DNA from: an uncultured Nitrososphaeraceae archaeon | GTDB taxonomy: Archaea; Thermoproteota; Nitrososphaeria; Nitrososphaerales; Nitrososphaeraceae | Direction of reading: 5' to 3' | NCBI GenBank assembly: GCA_963825865.1 | Contig: CAWGVG010000011.1 | Coordinates: 1 to 35,691, forward strand | DNA length: 35,691 bases | In this document: positions 31,285 to 35,691 of the stretch, piece after piece | How positions within the stretch are numbered: position 1 is the first letter of the stretch | Layout: each line of letters starts with the position of its first letter | Program-made: the position numbers and the translations under genes | Notes under the pieces: generated by a model | The model's database searches: none | What the model was told of the DNA's origin: nothing | Seen by the model: only the letters and a program-made list of their open reading frames with translations

Positions 31285-31529
31285 CTGTCTGAGTTGAACC
31301 TTTACTTCCTAATGCCATGACAGTAATTAGGCTATTTACGCAAAAATAACATTATCCAAAAGCGGTAATAATTAAAAGCTCTAATGCTTGGACGAAGTTC
31401 ATTACACAATATTAGCCTAAGTTTAAATTGATGGAATTTAGTCGATTTTTGTTTCTCATTATAAGCCTGATCAAGGTAATAATGGGATCCGATTACGGCC
31501 TAGGAGTTACAATATAAGAAGAGAAAGGT

Positions 31530-31833
31530 ACTTTTATTATAAATTTAACCAGATCTTTTCGGTTATATTGCTTCGAGAAATCGGTCCCATAACTTGCTGC
31601 CAGCCACTATTAAATCCAGGTTTGACTAGATCCATTTCATCATATGTATTTTCTCCATTTTCTGTATCCCACAAATTTTCGCTAATAGGATCAAAAGAAA
31701 TTCCAAAGCTATTTCTTATATCGTGTGCATAGTATCTGCTTAGTTTATTACTACTACTACCATTATTATTATTGTCATTATTTGAGAATGGGTTGCCAGA
31801 AGCATTCTCTGGGTTTATTCGTAATATGACACT
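31530..31833 (-). pseudogene. Internal fragment of a PQQ-dependent sugar (glucose/sorbosone) dehydrogenase
   Basis: SVILRINP...NPF...YYAHDIRNSFGISFDPISENLWDTENGENTYDEMDLVKPGFNSGWQQVMGP. There is no start codon and it is truncated on both sides. Confidence 0.8.
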
Positions 31834-32084
31834 CTAGCACGAGTTTGCTCCAGAAAAGGTAGGTTAGTAAATCTCACCCACCGTTCTGCCATAAATAAGT
31901 ATGTCACTACTCCTAATTAATAGGCGTTACCTTACTGATTCCCGAGTTTTAAAGGACTAACACTAGCACTGGATCTATCAAACTTAGCATTTATGCAGTT
32001 AGAAATAACATTATAAAATGCAAAATATAATTGTATTTATTGCACACTCGTATTAGAAAACAATCAGAAAAGATTTGGATTAAA

Positions 32085-32676
32085 TCAATAGCCTACATTC
32101 CTTCTATGATTTTTTAAAGCTTCATCAAGGATAGAGTAATCCCCTGTCGCATTGCATCTCTTAATCAATCCCGTAATTATATTACGGACAAATTCTTGAG
32201 AATAAAAAGGTATCAATAATTGTTCAATCTCTGCCAGTTTCGCTTTAGCTTGCCTGTGTGCTTCTTCAGGTGTTAATGATTCTTTGTCCTTCTCATCCGG
32301 CTTTGGTTGACAGAAAATGTAATTAAATAATTGTGCATACGGATTGTTAGTATTCTCCATATTATTGGAGGCTAATTTATTAAAAAAGCTATTTGTACCT
32401 GTATAACTTATCGTTACTACTTCCATAGGGTGGAATTATCGAACTGCCAGATTTTTTCTCTTTATTATTATGGACAAACAAATTCTGTCTCCTTTTGAGC
32501 CTATATGATAAAGGATTACTTGGTAGATACTTTCCAGATGATCTTTGGACTAGATACTCAAAGAATGGAACAATTTGAGCTGTACCAACATGAGTATTTT
32601 GATTATGTCTATACGCATTATATTTCCTTGTAAAATCTTGCCCGCAGGTGACGCACACATAGGAAGGCTTGTTCAT
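32085..32676 (-). CDS. Hypothetical protein with an N-terminal C2H2 zinc finger; frameshift near 32430
   Basis: YVCVTCGQDFTRKYNAYRHNQNTH finger. The overlapping ORFs 32389..32676 and 32085..32426 probably form one gene. Confidence 0.7.
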
Positions 32677-33881
32677 TATTACCTCTTACTATCATTGTGC
32701 GAAACTACCTTAAAAATTATAGGAAAAAGAGTGACGCAGAGTCGCTCTTTATAAGTACAATGAACTGTAAGAATGATCCATCTTATTCGCCTAAAAGAGT
32801 TCTAGGGCGAATCTGAATTTCAGTGGGTAATTTCAATTGTCCTGACCTTTACAGGGCATTATTATACCATTAATAATCAACTACAAATGGATACTGATAA
32901 TTAAAATTCTGTAAATAAACATCTGATAAAATATTTATTTGATCAATGTGATGTATCGTAGAAGAAGAATTAGAGGTTTGAAATAAAAGGTATGTTAAAA
33001 GAACGTGATCAGGAGATTTTTAGAATGGGATAGATTCGAACCTAAATCCGATATTATACCAAACCAGTAGTGATGGAACTCTGGTAATAGAAGCAAAGAG
33101 GAGATAACGAACCTAGCAAGACGCATTGGTAAGAATGCAATTCAGAACACAGCAACGGCATTTATGAAAGATACTGATAGTGGCAGTACAAAGTTGTTGG
33201 ACTTAAATTCCTTTTTATCATGGTTAGAAACTGAGATGAATAACTACTCCATGGGGATTCGTCATATTGTCGCAGATAACGGCAGTCAGTTGGAAATGGT
33301 CCTTATATCATAAGAGGGTATTAGAATTAATACTGAGTGAAATATTGGGGAAATCTTCTAACACTCTAGATATTAGTATGAGTGATGGGGATGGGATCAA
33401 TTTTCTGGAATTGTTGTTATTAGTATTCAATTCGTTATTTTTATAAATGCTACATATTATGTCACTTTGAGAGTAGGTAGGTGCAAGTAAAGAGTATAAA
33501 ATGTCATGCGAAACCAATGGCAAGATATGAAAAAATCAAATAACCTAATAGACACTATGCCAAATGTCAAGGATATGTGTTGATACTATTGTTAAAACCA
33601 AATAATATTTCCAAATATTACAGTTTTTGGTCATACCACTGAAAAAAGAGGTTATTTTGAATAATATATGAAAAACTATTCTATTATTTTCGCCGTCGCT
33701 AGATCATAGGCTACCATGAAAGAAGTCTCTTGTTTGGGATCTAACTTCTTTATTTCTTGTATTGTTGGTATTCTTAGATGAAGTGATGATGGAGTTCTTT
33801 CTTATTTTGGATCCTGGTAGAATCTTTTTGTCATACAGATATTTCTTATTACTATCATAAGACCATCTGCAAGAAATGACT

Positions 33882-34124
33882 TTATATCTTGGCACCTTCC
33901 AAAATTTTCTTAATTGAACTTGGAGTTACCAGACGACCACCAAATGCTCCTGATGACGAATATGCATATCCTATTTGTGAAAATATTACATGTAAAGCAA
34001 TCAATTGGATAGTGCCTTCTTCTTTCTTAGCAATTGCGACCGCATAATCTGCTGCGTGCATAGATGGTTGTGAGCCGTCTATTGCAACCAAAATTTTAGA
34101 AAATCTTCTCTTTGCCTGAGACAT
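33882..34124 (-). pseudogene. Truncated universal stress protein (UspA family)
   Basis: FSKILVAIDGSQPSMHAADYAVAIAKK...LIALHVI. The C-terminal DLIVxG motif half is absent. Confidence 0.8.
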
Positions 34125-34535
34125 TGAGTATTATTGCTACTAATCTTTTTATATTTATATCTGGCTCGTGCACATCTACAAATCAAGCTTTTTATGGCCA
34201 TTTCTTTTCCTATTTATCTTCTAGCGATGTGAAATACGTAAAGTACACTACAGAAATAATAAATACAGATAGATTTGCTCATTTGAGCATATATGATCCC
34301 CGAACATCGATTAAAAACCTATGAGTAAGAACAGATGCAGAGGCTCCTACTACATACAACTATATGGCAGCTGCAAGTACGCAAAACCAACATGGACAAC
34401 AGCAACAACCAACAGTAATATTGGCACCATATGTAGTTTAGGCTTTGGTTAAGGCTATAACTAGACTAACAATAACCTTACGCTAAATTCTACTAAAAAT
34501 GAAGAGTGAGAATTGGAAAGACAATTTAATCTGTT

Positions 34536-34673
34536 CTAATGGTTAGGCTTGTTTTCACGTTTTTCCTTTTTCAATTCCTTAAGAATCTCTTTGAGCGTTT
34601 CGTCAATGGAGTCAAGGCGTTCTAAAATTTTTTCTAATTGATATATTCCTCGAGGCGAATTTAAATGACTCAT
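34536..34673 (-). CDS. 45-aa coiled-coil microprotein (not in the ORF track)
   Basis: MSHLNSPRGIYQLEKILERLDSIDETLKEILKELKKEKRENKPNH* shows a clear heptad pattern. Confidence 0.55.
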   Translation of the reverse strand: MSHLNSPRGIYQLEKILERLDSIDETLKEILKELKKEKRENKPNH

Positions 34674-34720
34674 GTGTTTTACTTTCTCTCTTTGTCATAT
34701 TCATAACCATGATCTTATAA

Positions 34721-34909
34721 TTAATCTTCGCTGAAAAGGATGATTTAGTGGCACCTGACTCTAGTAAGGCTCTTAATAATGCATTAACAGGAAGTCATGA
34801 CAAGAGCGTGATTGAATTTAAGTCAGGACACGTTGGTCTGATGATAGGAAAAAATGCCCACAAAGAACTCTGGCCCAAAGTAGGTGAATGGATAAAGAAC
34901 AGTTCATAA
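34721..34909 (+). pseudogene. phaC: C-terminal fragment of class III PHA synthase PhaC
   Basis: LIFAEKDDLVAPDSSKAL...EFKSGHVGLMIGKNAHKELWPKVGEWI contains the catalytic Asp and His region. There is no start, and an in-frame stop lies immediately upstream. Confidence 0.8.
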
Positions 34910-35691
34910 AGAGGACAAGTAGGTCTCTGACGTAGTCCTTGATTTTTAATAGATATGGTATTCTAAAAAAGCCGTCATGCTGTATCGAGTGTATATAAGT
35001 AATTTCAATAATAATAGCAGACAAGATGATGGGATACTTTTTGATTTATCCAAAACAAGATTTTTTTTCCAGTGCCATGTCCAATCATTGTAATATTTTG
35101 GCAAATCAATCTTGTTTGTTTTTATTAACATCAACAAACAATCCTTGCTCTTTAGGCACTTTAATCTAGCAATTTCTTTACGTTTAGTATAGTACCAAGA
35201 AAAATAAAATTTATGATTCGATGCAATTATCATGAAGGTATATCAAGTTTTGCAATCACCTTGTTGCATTAAATATATACTAAACTTACAACAACAGATG
35301 GTAATAAACTATCAGTATCTAGAATAGATACAAGTTACAATATACAGGACGTGGACTACAGCCTATTATTACATCTTTTTTATAGTCTGTAGCTTAATTC
35401 CATACGATGAATACCAAGTTTAGTAAAAAATAAATAAAGAAATAAAGAAAACAGTTTAGTTCACTAGAAAGAGCTATAGCTAATCCTATCCTAATTATTG
35501 TATAGAGAGTATATAATACGATGACAAATAAAGACCTAAAGATAAATCCTAACTCAGCTAAGCAAAGAAGCGCTACATAATTACATTCAAGCCCAAAGAC
35601 CAGAGTGACGTCTGGAAAGATAGTTGTTGTGTTAGTCAGCAGTGAGTATATTAGAATAGCGGCAGCCATAATGGTTCTGCAGTATTTGTAT

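Noticed and set aside
33025-33045. GATTCGAACC, the reverse complement of a tRNA T-loop, as a possible att site
   Set aside because: The stem is imperfect and does not match tRNA-His, tRNA-Thr or tRNA-Leu in this window.
34946-35669. Minus-strand ORFs 34946..35233 and 35394..35669
   Set aside because: No recognisable family. They may be remnants but cannot be supported.

Overview
AT-rich archaeal window from an ammonia-oxidising archaeon, most likely a soil Nitrososphaeraceae lineage, judged from the Amo sequences, the lineage-typical histidine kinases and the C2H2/PQQ-dehydrogenase families. The core (about 10.7-31.3 kb) holds tRNA-Thr, a two-intron tRNA-Leu, pdxTS, a Cys-rich microprotein and 2-oxoacid:ferredoxin oxidoreductase alpha/beta. 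It continues with a contiguous six-gene ammonia monooxygenase cluster (amoA-amoX-amoC, divergent amoB, then probable amoY and amoZ), serS-pcc1-DHH-rps15, srp19-gar1-tfb, purM, taw1 and an intron-containing tRNA-His. Both flanks, facing the 3' ends of tRNA-Thr and tRNA-His, are accessory or decaying regions. The left flank has a malic enzyme, a PAC2 remnant, a transposase relic, two orphan histidine kinases, ChrB and Zn-finger microproteins. The right flank has PQQ-dehydrogenase, USP and phaC fragments. Many genes, including amoA, carry single-base insertions that look like sequencing or consensus errors. The most novel signals are a densely base-paired candidate ncRNA and a 20-bp hairpin between rps15 and srp19, a shared TATGA-N3-TCATA palindrome in amo promoter regions, and a 21-bp palindromic tandem array beside tRNA-Thr. 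All calls come from reading the sequence by eye; no searches or folding programs were run.
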